From contig CALAGQ010000047.1 in the NCBI GenBank assembly GCA_937891765.1, positions 16,580 to 80,579 of the forward strand: a DNA stretch of 64,000 nucleotides. The letters are read 5' to 3'. The notes under the pieces are model-generated. The model had not been told where the DNA came from. It was given only the letters and a program-made list of their open reading frames with translations, and made no database searches. Positions 9,913 through 18,424 of this stretch are shown piece after piece (within the stretch, counting starts at the first letter, position 1; each line of letters starts with the position of its first letter). The stretch is from an uncultured Nitrospina sp. (lineage in GTDB: Bacteria > Nitrospinota > Nitrospinia > Nitrospinales > VA-1). A program made the position numbers and the translations under genes.

Positions 9913-10743
9913 TTGGCAAGTAATTCACCACAGATTCCGAGCATCGCGGAATTGATGGATAAAATTAAAAGTGGCAAGATATTCACTGAAATTGCCAAAG
10001 AGATTACAGAGTCACAGATCTGGACTTCTAGCTTCCGGCATGGTTATGCGGACACACCTCGAAACCGTGTTCTGCAGATCGCCAGTAATGTCTGGCTGCA
10101 TCTTCATCCTGTAAAGATTCATCGTCACGCCCTGCGAATCAAATTCACATGGTGCATGGGGGGGATCACTTTTCTTCTGTTTCTCTCCACCGTCGTGACC
10201 GGGGTTATCCTGATGTTCTATTACCGTCCTGTTGGGGAATACGCCTATTACGATATGAAGTATTTGCAATACGACGTTCCCTTCGGCATGCTCATGAGAA
10301 ATATGCATCGTTGGGCGGCTCATGCCATGGTTATCACCGTGTGGTTGCATATGTTTCGGGTCTTTTTAACCGGTTCGTATAAACCGCCGAGAGAGTTTAA
10401 CTGGGTCATTGGGGTATTTCTGGTTACGTTCACGCTGCTCCTCAGTTTTACCGGTTATCTCCTGCCTTGGGATCAATTGGCGATGTGGGCGGTCACCGTA
10501 GGCACCAACATGGCTCGTGCGACTCCGTTTCTGGGAAATGAAGGTCCGTTTGCAGAATTTGTCGGAGCGACTCCAAGGTATGACGCTCGTTCCTTATTGA
10601 TCGGGGGTAGCGTGGTCGGTCCTCCTGCTCTATTACGGTTTTACGTGTTGCATTGTATATTTATTCCTTTGATAGCCGGGGCCTTGATGATTGTGCATTT
10701 CTGGCGAATCCGTAAGGATGGTGGAATTTCCGGCCCTCTTTAG
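9913..10743 (+). CDS. Cytochrome b, b6-type (PetB-like, split form)
   Basis: WCMGGITF...[23 protein letters not shown] (His spacing 14), [17 protein letters not shown] (His spacing 15), PREFNW, and a GISGPL C-terminus as in cytochrome b6. TTG start. Confidence 0.9.
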   Translation: MASNSPQIPSIAELMDKIKSGKIFTEIAKEITESQIWTSSFRHGYADTPRNRVLQIASNVWLHLHPVKIHRHALRIKFTWCMGGITFLLFLSTVVTGVILMFYYRPVGEYAYYDMKYLQYDVPFGMLMRNMHRWAAHAMVITVWLHMFRVFLTGSYKPPREFNWVIGVFLVTFTLLLSFTGYLLPWDQLAMWAVTVGTNMARATPFLGNEGPFAEFVGATPRYDARSLLIGGSVVGPPALLRFYVLHCIFIPLIAGALMIVHFWRIRKDGGISGPL

Positions 10744-10772
10744 GGCAGGTTTATATAAGGGGATAGGAAAAA

Positions 10773-11534
10773 ATGGCTCAGGCTGCAGCAGCACCCAAGA
10801 AAAAGATAGAAGCAGTTCCAGATAAGCTCCACGTGTGGCCCTATCTGGTCCGACTGGAGTTCCTTTGCGCTATTGTCACCATAGTGGCTCTTACGGTTTG
10901 GTCCATTGTTATTGATGCGCCGTTGGAAGAAGCGGCCAACCCTACCAAAACCCCAAACCCATCTAAAGCGCCTTGGTATTTTCTTGGGCTTCAGGACATT
11001 CTGGTTTATTTCGACCCATGGTTTGCGGGTGTTGTGGCTCCCGTCCTTATCATTGTTGGACTGATGCTGATTCCTTATCTGGATGTGAATCCTAAAGGGA
11101 ACGGGTATTACACCTATCATGAAAGAAAAGTAGCGATATGGGTTTACTGCTTTGGTTTTCTGGTGCTCTGGATCGCTTTGATCATTATGGGGGTTTTCTT
11201 GCGAGGACCGGGTTGGAATTTGTTCATGCCCTGGCAGTATTGGGACCCACATAAGGTCGTGGCCCTAACCAGTGTGGATCTGCCCTATGCGTTTGGTGTG
11301 CGGACCTACAATGGGGCCATGTTGTTTGGGGGAATGGTGCTATCGGCGTATTTTGCGATAGGCACGGCAGTCTATTTTTTCATGGAACGCAAGGCACTCA
11401 AGAGCGTCGGGTTCGTGAGAATGTTCATAAAGATTCAGCTACTCCTGATTATGGTTGGCATGGTCATCAAAATTGTTCTCAGGCTGGGTTTCAATATCAA
11501 GTATGTACTGGTGACACCCTGGTTTAATATTTAA
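10773..11534 (+). CDS. Cytochrome b C-terminal part / subunit IV homologue (PetD-like) with extra C-terminal TM helices
   Basis: The PWYFLGLQDIL motif corresponds to PEWYF of PetD and the cytochrome b C-terminal half. At 253 aa it is about 90 aa longer than PetD, with additional hydrophobic helices. Confidence 0.85.
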   Translation: MAQAAAAPKKKIEAVPDKLHVWPYLVRLEFLCAIVTIVALTVWSIVIDAPLEEAANPTKTPNPSKAPWYFLGLQDILVYFDPWFAGVVAPVLIIVGLMLIPYLDVNPKGNGYYTYHERKVAIWVYCFGFLVLWIALIIMGVFLRGPGWNLFMPWQYWDPHKVVALTSVDLPYAFGVRTYNGAMLFGGMVLSAYFAIGTAVYFFMERKALKSVGFVRMFIKIQLLLIMVGMVIKIVLRLGFNIKYVLVTPWFNI

Positions 11535-11557
11535 TAGCTTCAAGATCGAGAAATACA

Positions 11558-14254
11558 TTGGCAGAAGAAGAGCAAAAAAAAGAATTCAAAGAAGGGGAGT
11601 TTGACGAGCATACCTCGTACAGTTTCCTCTTTTTTCTGGTTTCAGCGGTAACGCTTTTTGTCACGCTTTGGGCGTTCTGGGACGACGAATACGCACGCCG
11701 AGGATTCAAGACTTATCAGGATCAGTATTTCAAGGAGCAGTTTGCCGTAGCGGAAGGTAAATGGAAAGCGGTCAACACTGAAATCGCCGAGACTGAGAAA
11801 CAGATCCGGGAAGGCCTGCAAAAAACTGAAAGTGAGTTGGAGTCTTCGGATGCCTATCTGGAATTGGTTGAAGAAGTTCGTCTCAAACAGGTGGCGGTTG
11901 ATGAGCAGAAAGAGCAGAAGAAATTCGCCGGTAGCCGGGTTGATGAGGCTTATTACTGGTATAAAAAGGCCATGCACGAAGGGGAAAATTATGATGTGCA
12001 ATTAGCGACCCATAATGCTGGGCAAGCTGAAGTGGCCTCTTTTGATCCAGTCATCGCAGAAAAAGAAGGGATATTACAAGAAGCAGAAAATAGATTATTG
12101 GAGGTGAAGTCCGGCTATATCAAATTGGAAAAAGATATGGCTAAACTAGTCATGAACAGGACTCAGCATGAGCTGACGATGGATTATTACAAGCCGTTTC
12201 CTTTTTTCTGGCGTCCTGCTGAAATCCTTCAAACCGTTATTCCGGGATTTGGTAAAAATAGTTTCAAAGAAATTATTTACCGGGTAGACCGGTGTATGAC
12301 CTGCCATATTTCATATCAGGACGAACATTACAAGGATTTTGCGCAGCCCTTAAAGACCCATCCGGATCTTGAAATTCTAATTAAGAAGCATCCTCCTGGA
12401 GTGACGGGGTGTACCTGGTGTCACTTGGGGCAGGGAACAGTTACAGCTCCGGCTGAGCACGCTCATGGTTCGCACCATGAGACGGATCAGACGGTTGAAG
12501 TTAATGAGCCCATCCTCCATGGCAAGCTCCAGCAGGCAACGTGCAGAAACTGTCACGCCGAAGTCGTCGATCTGGAAGGGGCTCCGATCTTGTCGAAGGG
12601 CAAAAGACTCTTTCTTAAATTGGGATGTCATGGTTGTCATTTAGCCGATGGTTATTCTAATGAGGCCAAGGTGGGTCCCCGGCTTTTGCGGATTGCCAGC
12701 AAGGTTAATCCGAGTTGGTTGTACCGTTGGATCAAAAATCCCAAAGAATATCTTCCCAAAACCCGAATGCCTGATTTTGGGTTTAACGAGAAAGACTTGA
12801 TGGGGGCCACGGCATATCTTTTAGCTTCTTCTGAGAAAAATTATGAGTTGCCCGCCAAGTTTGAATCCGGCGATGAGGATAAGGGCAAGAAATTATTCGA
12901 ATCTGTGGGTTGTCAGGGATGTCATCAACTCAATGGTAAAGGAGAAACCTTTGGTCCTGATCTGAGCCGAATTGGCAATAAGGTCAATGCCGATTGGTTG
13001 GTAACCTGGATCAGCCATCCTCACAGTTATAACGAAAAGAGCAAAATGCCTGATCTTAGACTGGATGAAGAACAGGCATCTGATATAGCCTCCTATCTCA
13101 TTCAGTTTGGCAAAGAAGAAGTGATCCCCGGACTTGAAGCAAAACTGCAAGATCCTGCGTTGATCAAACACGGGGAGACCATAGTTCGTCGTAGAGGTTG
13201 TTTTGCCTGCCATGACATTAAGGGAATGGAGAAGGAAGGCCGAATCGCGCCGGAGCTATCCTCCTTTGGCAGAAAAATGGTTGTGGAACTAGAATTTGGT
13301 GACTCACATATTCCGCATACTTGGGAATCTTGGGTTAAAACCAAATTGAAAAAACCGAACTCTTTCAGGACCGAGCGTGTTTTAGACAAAATGCCCAATT
13401 TCCACCTCGCACCGGATGAAATTGATGCCTTGGTTGTATTGCTGAAGGGTTTTAATGGATCAAATATTCCTCCGAATTACCGACGGATTCTCACAGATAA
13501 AGAGCAAACGATTGAAGCCGGGCGTCGCCTGGTCACCAAATATAATTGTAAGGCTTGCCATAATGTTGAAGGCGAAGGCGGGCACATACAGAAATATCTC
13601 ACGGCAACAGCTCAGTATCCTCCTCCACTGGATATGGGAGATTATCATGTGGGGGAACGGCTCAAAGCTTCCTGGTTGTTCTCTTTTCTGAAAGAGCCGA
13701 CACCTGTTAGAACCTGGATCAAGGTAAAGATGCCCACTTTCTTTTTCACCGATAAAGAAGTGAGGGATTTGACGGCCTACTTTGAAGCGTTATCTCCAAG
13801 TAGTGGCTATGAGGCGGGTATCCACCAAAGTAAAGATAGTGCTGTTGCACAAAAAGGCGCTGAAATGGTCAGCTATATGGACTGCGGACGTTGCCATGAT
13901 GATGGGCAAAAAGGAATTGAATTCTCATTGGCCAGTCAAAGGCTGCGACAGGATTGGATACCAAAATGGCTCAAAGACACCCGCACTCTGATCCCTTGGA
14001 CCCCGATGCCTTCTCATTGGGTTAAGGATGGCGATAAATATAAAATACCGACCAAATACAGTGAGATCAAAACGGTGGGTGATGTAGACACCCAGGTGAA
14101 TACGTTGAAAGACTTGATCGTTGCCTACAACACCGCTGAGCTGGACTTTGATGTGAGCTTGGGAGATGGCGGGGGTGAAGAAGAGGCTGCTGGTGAAGAA
14201 CGTGCTGCTGAAGAGGGTGGAGATGACGAAGAGGAAGAGGAAGAAGACAAATAG
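11558..14254 (+). CDS. Membrane-anchored octahaem c-type cytochrome (898 aa)
   Basis: Eight CxxCH motifs: CMTCH, CTWCH, CRNCH, CHGCH, CQGCH, CFACH, CKACH, CGRCH. The last five are each followed by an xMP motif, as in class I cytochrome c domains. It also has an N-terminal TM helix, a long coiled-coil region and an acidic tail DDEEEEEEDK. TTG start. Confidence 0.88.
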   Translation: MAEEEQKKEFKEGEFDEHTSYSFLFFLVSAVTLFVTLWAFWDDEYARRGFKTYQDQYFKEQFAVAEGKWKAVNTEIAETEKQIREGLQKTESELESSDAYLELVEEVRLKQVAVDEQKEQKKFAGSRVDEAYYWYKKAMHEGENYDVQLATHNAGQAEVASFDPVIAEKEGILQEAENRLLEVKSGYIKLEKDMAKLVMNRTQHELTMDYYKPFPFFWRPAEILQTVIPGFGKNSFKEIIYRVDRCMTCHISYQDEHYKDFAQPLKTHPDLEILIKKHPPGVTGCTWCHLGQGTVTAPAEHAHGSHHETDQTVEVNEPILHGKLQQATCRNCHAEVVDLEGAPILSKGKRLFLKLGCHGCHLADGYSNEAKVGPRLLRIASKVNPSWLYRWIKNPKEYLPKTRMPDFGFNEKDLMGATAYLLASSEKNYELPAKFESGDEDKGKKLFESVGCQGCHQLNGKGETFGPDLSRIGNKVNADWLVTWISHPHSYNEKSKMPDLRLDEEQASDIASYLIQFGKEEVIPGLEAKLQDPALIKHGETIVRRRGCFACHDIKGMEKEGRIAPELSSFGRKMVVELEFGDSHIPHTWESWVKTKLKKPNSFRTERVLDKMPNFHLAPDEIDALVVLLKGFNGSNIPPNYRRILTDKEQTIEAGRRLVTKYNCKACHNVEGEGGHIQKYLTATAQYPPPLDMGDYHVGERLKASWLFSFLKEPTPVRTWIKVKMPTFFFTDKEVRDLTAYFEALSPSSGYEAGIHQSKDSAVAQKGAEMVSYMDCGRCHDDGQKGIEFSLASQRLRQDWIPKWLKDTRTLIPWTPMPSHWVKDGDKYKIPTKYSEIKTVGDVDTQVNTLKDLIVAYNTAELDFDVSLGDGGGEEEAAGEERAAEEGGDDEEEEEEDK

Positions 14255-14315
14255 AATTGCTCCATCCGTCTAAAATGTAATATGATTAATCATTAACGCT
14301 AACAGAGCTCATAAA

Positions 14316-14498
14316 ATGGAAAACTCAGGACTCGAAAACTTTCTTTTAATCGCGACCAAGCCGGATAATATCCCCATCGGAACTATGCTACTGTTTGTGG
14401 CTTGGGTGTTCTGGGTTGCAGTTAGCCAGATGATCAAAAACGACCGCTGGATAAAAGAAGGTAAAAAAGAAAAAATTTGGGATGAAATGATAAAATAA
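14316..14498 (+). CDS. Small single-pass membrane protein (60 aa), hypothetical
   Basis: One hydrophobic helix (MLLFVAWVFWVAV) and a Lys-rich tail. It abuts the next ORF with no gap. Confidence 0.4.
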   Translation: MENSGLENFLLIATKPDNIPIGTMLLFVAWVFWVAVSQMIKNDRWIKEGKKEKIWDEMIK

Positions 14499-15014
14499 GT
14501 GGCCATCTTCGGGATTATATTCGTTGCATTTTTTATAGGTATTATCCTGATTTTTTTCTTGAAGAAAACCTCACCTCCCGCTCCGCAAGAGCAGATTCAT
14601 TTCGACAGTCCCTCAGATGTCCCCTTCTACCTCAACGATAGAGACGCCTTCAAATCGAAGTGTATCGAATTTCTGGAAAAATTTAATCTTGAGTATGTTC
14701 ACTCTGTCTGGGCAGACGATCATGAGCTGGAACTTGCCTTGAATGATGAGACGCCTGTCGTCGGCGGCAGTTATATTGCCCTCTGCATTATTGATCCTCC
14801 AGGAAAAACGGTTAATGAAATGAAAGTTAGGGGTTTTTTAGATACGGTGAAGGGGGAGGGTGCGTCGCGGGGAATTTTGATCACCACCGGATACTTTACC
14901 AATGAAGCGATTAACTCAATTGAAGATGAGCCGGTCGAACTGGTGAATGTGGTTTCATTTTTATCCTACCTGAAGAAGTTTGGTATTTACGAATATATAC
15001 CTGATCCATCCTGA
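14499..15014 (+). CDS. Membrane-anchored protein with an Mrr-like restriction-endonuclease-fold domain (catalytic lysine motif not conserved)
   Basis: N-terminal TM helix, then a pattern resembling Mrr_cat (FLEKFNLEY...DDHELE...IALCI...VRGFLDTV...ASRGILITTGYFTNEA). The position of the usual QxK reads ALC. GTG start. Confidence 0.5.
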   Translation: MAIFGIIFVAFFIGIILIFFLKKTSPPAPQEQIHFDSPSDVPFYLNDRDAFKSKCIEFLEKFNLEYVHSVWADDHELELALNDETPVVGGSYIALCIIDPPGKTVNEMKVRGFLDTVKGEGASRGILITTGYFTNEAINSIEDEPVELVNVVSFLSYLKKFGIYEYIPDPS

Positions 15015-15071
15015 CCGGCGTACCGCCGGGGGCAGATTGTAATAGCTTTTGACTGCCTCGCTAGAGGTGCC

Positions 15072-15959
15072 TTGTGTTATTATCGAGCCATGAAAATAAA
15101 TGAAAAGCTAAACTCATCATCCCCGGTTTTTTCTTATGAATTTTTCCCTCCGAAGGATTCCGATGGCTTTACAGCTTTATTCGAAACGATTGGCCAGTTA
15201 AAGCCTTCTGCGCCAGGCTTTGTGTCGGTGACATACGGGGCAGGCGGGAGTACGCGGGCTAAAACCGTTGATCTGGTTGGAAAGATAAAAAATGATATAG
15301 GTATTGAAAGCATGGCCCACCTGACCTGCGTTGGGCATGACCAGCAGGAGATCCGTTCGGTGCTTGAAAGTTTGCAGGCTCAAAATATTGAGAATGTTCT
15401 TGCGTTGAGGGGCGACCCCCCACAGGGCGAGGAAAAATTTGTAAAAACAGAAGGCGGCTTTGAATATGGCAATGAGCTTGTGGCCTTCATGAAAAAAAAT
15501 TTTTCATTTTGCATTGGCGCGGCCTGTTACCCTGAAGGGCATGTGGAATGTAAGGATCTTGATAAGGATATAGAAAATTTAAAACGAAAAGTGGACAGTG
15601 GGGTGGATTTCCTGGTTACCCAGTTGTTTTTTGATAACCGCTACTATTTTGAATTTTTGGATAGAGCGCAAAAGAAAAATATCAATGTTCCTGTGGTTCC
15701 TGGAATCATGCCTATTTTGAATCTCAAGCAGATACAGCGATTTACCAAAATGTGTGGGGCGACTCTTTCCCCAGCCTTACTGGCTAAATTTGAAGGGGTT
15801 CAGGATAATAATGAAAAGGTTCGGCAGATCGGTATTGAGCATGCTATTGAACAGTGCCGGGAATTGTTGCAGAACAAGGCCCCGGGTATTCACTTTTATA
15901 CTTTAAACCGATCTAAGGCAACACTTGCCATATTGGGAGCACTTAGAGAATTCGCGTGA
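15072..15959 (+). CDS. metF: 5,10-methylenetetrahydrofolate reductase
   Basis: SYEFFPPK, VSVTYGAGGSTR, HLTC, ALRGDPP and TQLFFD motifs. The start may be the ATG at 15090. Confidence 0.9.
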   Translation: MCYYRAMKINEKLNSSSPVFSYEFFPPKDSDGFTALFETIGQLKPSAPGFVSVTYGAGGSTRAKTVDLVGKIKNDIGIESMAHLTCVGHDQQEIRSVLESLQAQNIENVLALRGDPPQGEEKFVKTEGGFEYGNELVAFMKKNFSFCIGAACYPEGHVECKDLDKDIENLKRKVDSGVDFLVTQLFFDNRYYFEFLDRAQKKNINVPVVPGIMPILNLKQIQRFTKMCGATLSPALLAKFEGVQDNNEKVRQIGIEHAIEQCRELLQNKAPGIHFYTLNRSKATLAILGALREFA

Positions 15960-16738
15960 GTTTCCCGAAGCTTACTTATATCGCTGGGTTATTGCAGCGC
16001 CTGTGCGTGGGCGTCCTTTTTATTGTCTGCGCTCAACCCGTTTCGGGACAGGAATCCAGTATAACTGAAGGTATGGTTCTGATCCCCGGGGGCACGTTCA
16101 AAAGAGGTTGTGACCGTTTCGGACCGCAACACGGAGCCCCGGAGCAGAAGGTTCACCTGGATGCGTTTTGGATCGATAAGTTTGAAGTCACCAACGAAAA
16201 ATTTGAAAAATTATTCGAAGAACATTATCTGCGCCGCAGTATTTTTTCTGACTGCGACAACTGCCCGGTTTCAAAACTCAATTGGTATGAAGCTGCGGAC
16301 TATTGCCACTTGATTGGTAAGGCGCTTCCCAGTGAAGCTCAGTGGGAAAGAGCCGCAGGCAACGGTGATGGTTGTCACTTTCCCTGGGGTGAGGGGTTCG
16401 ATCTTATGAATCCTCCTGCCAGAGGTGGATTGAAGTTGAACGATAAGGCTTCCCCGGTCGGGTCTTTTCCTGCCAATTCGGGCGGACTTCATGACATGGG
16501 TGGAAATGTCTGGGAATGGGTTGCGGATTGGTTCTCGGTCAAGTTTTATTATGCCGATATCCTGCATAATCCCAGAGGACCAACACGAGGCATTATGAAA
16601 GTTAGAAGAGGCGGCTCGTGGTCAGATTCGGTGGTTGCGATGGCATCGGGATATCGGGACTGGAGCTATCCTTTATCGCGGGGTTTTAATGATATTGGTT
16701 TTCGCTGCGCCCTCAACTTAAAGCCCAAGAGAGATTGA
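15956..16738 (+). CDS. Secreted SUMF1/FGE-sulfatase-domain protein (lacks the FGE catalytic Cys pair)
   Basis: Signal peptide, then GGTFKRG, FWIDKFEVTN, NWYEAADYC, LPSEAQWE, GNVWEWVADW, RGGSWSD and FRCA motifs of the FGE-sulfatase fold. There are no cysteines after RGGSW. Confidence 0.8.
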   Translation: MSFPKLTYIAGLLQRLCVGVLFIVCAQPVSGQESSITEGMVLIPGGTFKRGCDRFGPQHGAPEQKVHLDAFWIDKFEVTNEKFEKLFEEHYLRRSIFSDCDNCPVSKLNWYEAADYCHLIGKALPSEAQWERAAGNGDGCHFPWGEGFDLMNPPARGGLKLNDKASPVGSFPANSGGLHDMGGNVWEWVADWFSVKFYYADILHNPRGPTRGIMKVRRGGSWSDSVVAMASGYRDWSYPLSRGFNDIGFRCALNLKPKRD

Positions 16739-17469
16739 ATATGGTTACCCAGGTCAAGTTGGATTATATTAATCGGGTTATCGATGAAAGCCTTGATGGC
16801 GAGGCATTGGAATTGAATGGCAAGTTTATTGGCGATGAGGGGATCGAAGCCCTGGTTCAAACCAAACGGATCTTTGAGGTGGAGAACCTCGACCTTTCCC
16901 GAAATAAACTGACTTGGCGCGGTGCTCACCATTTGTTTCATTGTCACCAGTTTAAAAATTTGAAGCGGTTGTATCTTGGAGAAAATAATATTTCGGATAA
17001 AGGGGTTATGGAGTTGCCGTCGGCTGATTTTGCGGAAAATCTCTCTCTCCTCGATTTACGCTATAACAATATTGGGCCCGAAGGTGGGTTGGCCGTTGTT
17101 CAATCGGAGAAATTCAGAAAACTGCAGGTATTAATTTTTCAGGAAAATCCTGTCGGGGATGAAACTCTGATAACACTGGCGAAGGCGCCAACCTTTGCCA
17201 ATCTGAGAAAATTAAATTTTTATCGGACGGATATTACCCCGAAGGGTATTAAGGTTCTGGCTAAATCGAAAGTGTTGCAAAGGGTTAAACATTTCAACTT
17301 GGCGCGAAATTATCTGCATTTGGAGTCGGCCAAACTTCTTGCCAACACTAAAACCTTGACCAATATTGAAAGCCTCTTGTTGTTCGACACGGGAATAGGG
17401 GATGCCGGGGTCAAGGCGATCATGGAATCTGAATCTTTTTCGAAATTGAAAACTTTACGTGTGACGTGA
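16735..17469 (+). CDS. Leucine-rich-repeat protein, ribonuclease-inhibitor (RNI) type, 244 aa
   Basis: Repeats of about 28 residues of the form L..L.L..N.IGDEG...L. No signal peptide. ATGA overlap with the upstream FGE-like gene. Confidence 0.8.
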   Translation: MNMVTQVKLDYINRVIDESLDGEALELNGKFIGDEGIEALVQTKRIFEVENLDLSRNKLTWRGAHHLFHCHQFKNLKRLYLGENNISDKGVMELPSADFAENLSLLDLRYNNIGPEGGLAVVQSEKFRKLQVLIFQENPVGDETLITLAKAPTFANLRKLNFYRTDITPKGIKVLAKSKVLQRVKHFNLARNYLHLESAKLLANTKTLTNIESLLLFDTGIGDAGVKAIMESESFSKLKTLRVT

Positions 17470-17478
17470 ACATTAGCT

Positions 17479-18164
17479 TCAGCAGTAACGGTCGTTCAGC
17501 CAGGGTTCCGCAGTGTTGGAATAGCCTCTTTTTCCCCAAAACCCCAGTTCATCGCTATCTCGAAAAATGATCTCGCCGATCCACTTGGCCCCTTTCCATG
17601 CGTAGAGTTGTGGGGTGATCATCCGCACAGGACCTCCATGTTCCCTGACAAGGGGTTGGTTTTCCCATTCATGGACCAACAGGACATCGTATTTCATGGC
17701 TTCTTCCAGTGGTAAATTCGTTGAGTATCCGTCCAAGCCTTGATATAGACAAACTTGGCGCTGGGGAGCACCTCGCAATGTTTGGCGATATCGGAGAATT
17801 TTACACCTTTCCAATTATTGTTCAGTCGACTCCAAGTGGTGACGCAATGAAAGTCGGAAATGTCCGTGGTTTGCGGTAATTTGAGAAACTCCTCCCAATC
17901 GAAGGTCTTCACAGTCTTGACCAAACCTGAAACAGTCAGATTCCATGAGAATTCATCCAGCTCGGGGGTCACCCCCAGATCCAGCACCGGCCAGGTTTCG
18001 ACTACACTTTGACCCGGCGGAACTGTCGGATTTCCATCACGGTTAAGATCTCCATGGCCTTGAGGAAATTCCCCTTTTAGCGCCTGCTTCTCTAGAAAAG
18101 CCTTACGGTATTCAATCAGCCGCTCCCGACTCTTTATTTTTTTTGAATTTGGATCGTATGACAT
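17479..18164 (-). pseudogene. Sulfite-oxidase-family molybdopterin oxidoreductase (YuiH-like), split by a frameshift near 17745
   Basis: Two overlapping minus-strand ORFs in different frames, 17694-18164 (...DFHCVTTWSRL...AKFVYI) and 17479-17814 (QGLDGYSTNLPLEE...REHGGPVRMITPQLYAWKGAKW...). Together they make one contiguous Mo-domain sequence if the frame shifts by -1. Confidence 0.7.
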
Positions 18165-18424
18165 GGATTTTTGGAGTTATTGCCTAAGTTAATAATTAAA
18201 GGAATAAAATTGATTTCTATGTTCTATTTTTGATGATTTTTATTTGAATTATTCGTTAATAAGATGAAATTCTTACCGGTTGGTTACAAATTAATTTTCT
18301 GGGTTCCCGCATAGCCTGTTTTCTGGTATTCCCCCCGGTTCCAAAGCCATAAATAATAAGGGTTAAGTCATTCTCCCGTTTCACCGAAAAAGGAAAGGAC
18401 AGTCTTTTATTCTCTGGAGCTTCC

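Noticed and set aside
10740-11252. 170-aa minus-strand ORF antisense to the subunit-IV-like gene
   Set aside because: It is fully antisense to a gene with clear PetD/cytochrome b C-terminal motifs and has no recognisable features. Similar antisense ORFs at 28041-28592 (rne), 48695-49168 (MBL-fold gene), 61215-61808 (glyA) and 19783-20232 were rejected for the same reason.
14282-14293. Perfect 12-bp palindrome ATGATTAATCAT after the cytochrome operon, superficially Fur-box-like
   Set aside because: It has a two-base centre instead of the 9-1-9 or 7-1-7 Fur geometry, it is short and AT-rich, and no metal-related gene lies downstream. It is likely chance.
17694-17814. Programmed -1 ribosomal frameshift in the sulfite-oxidase-family gene
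   Set aside because: No X XXY YYZ slippery heptamer or obvious downstream stimulatory structure is visible at the junction (…GTC TAT ATC AAG GCT…). A mutational or sequencing indel is more parsimonious.
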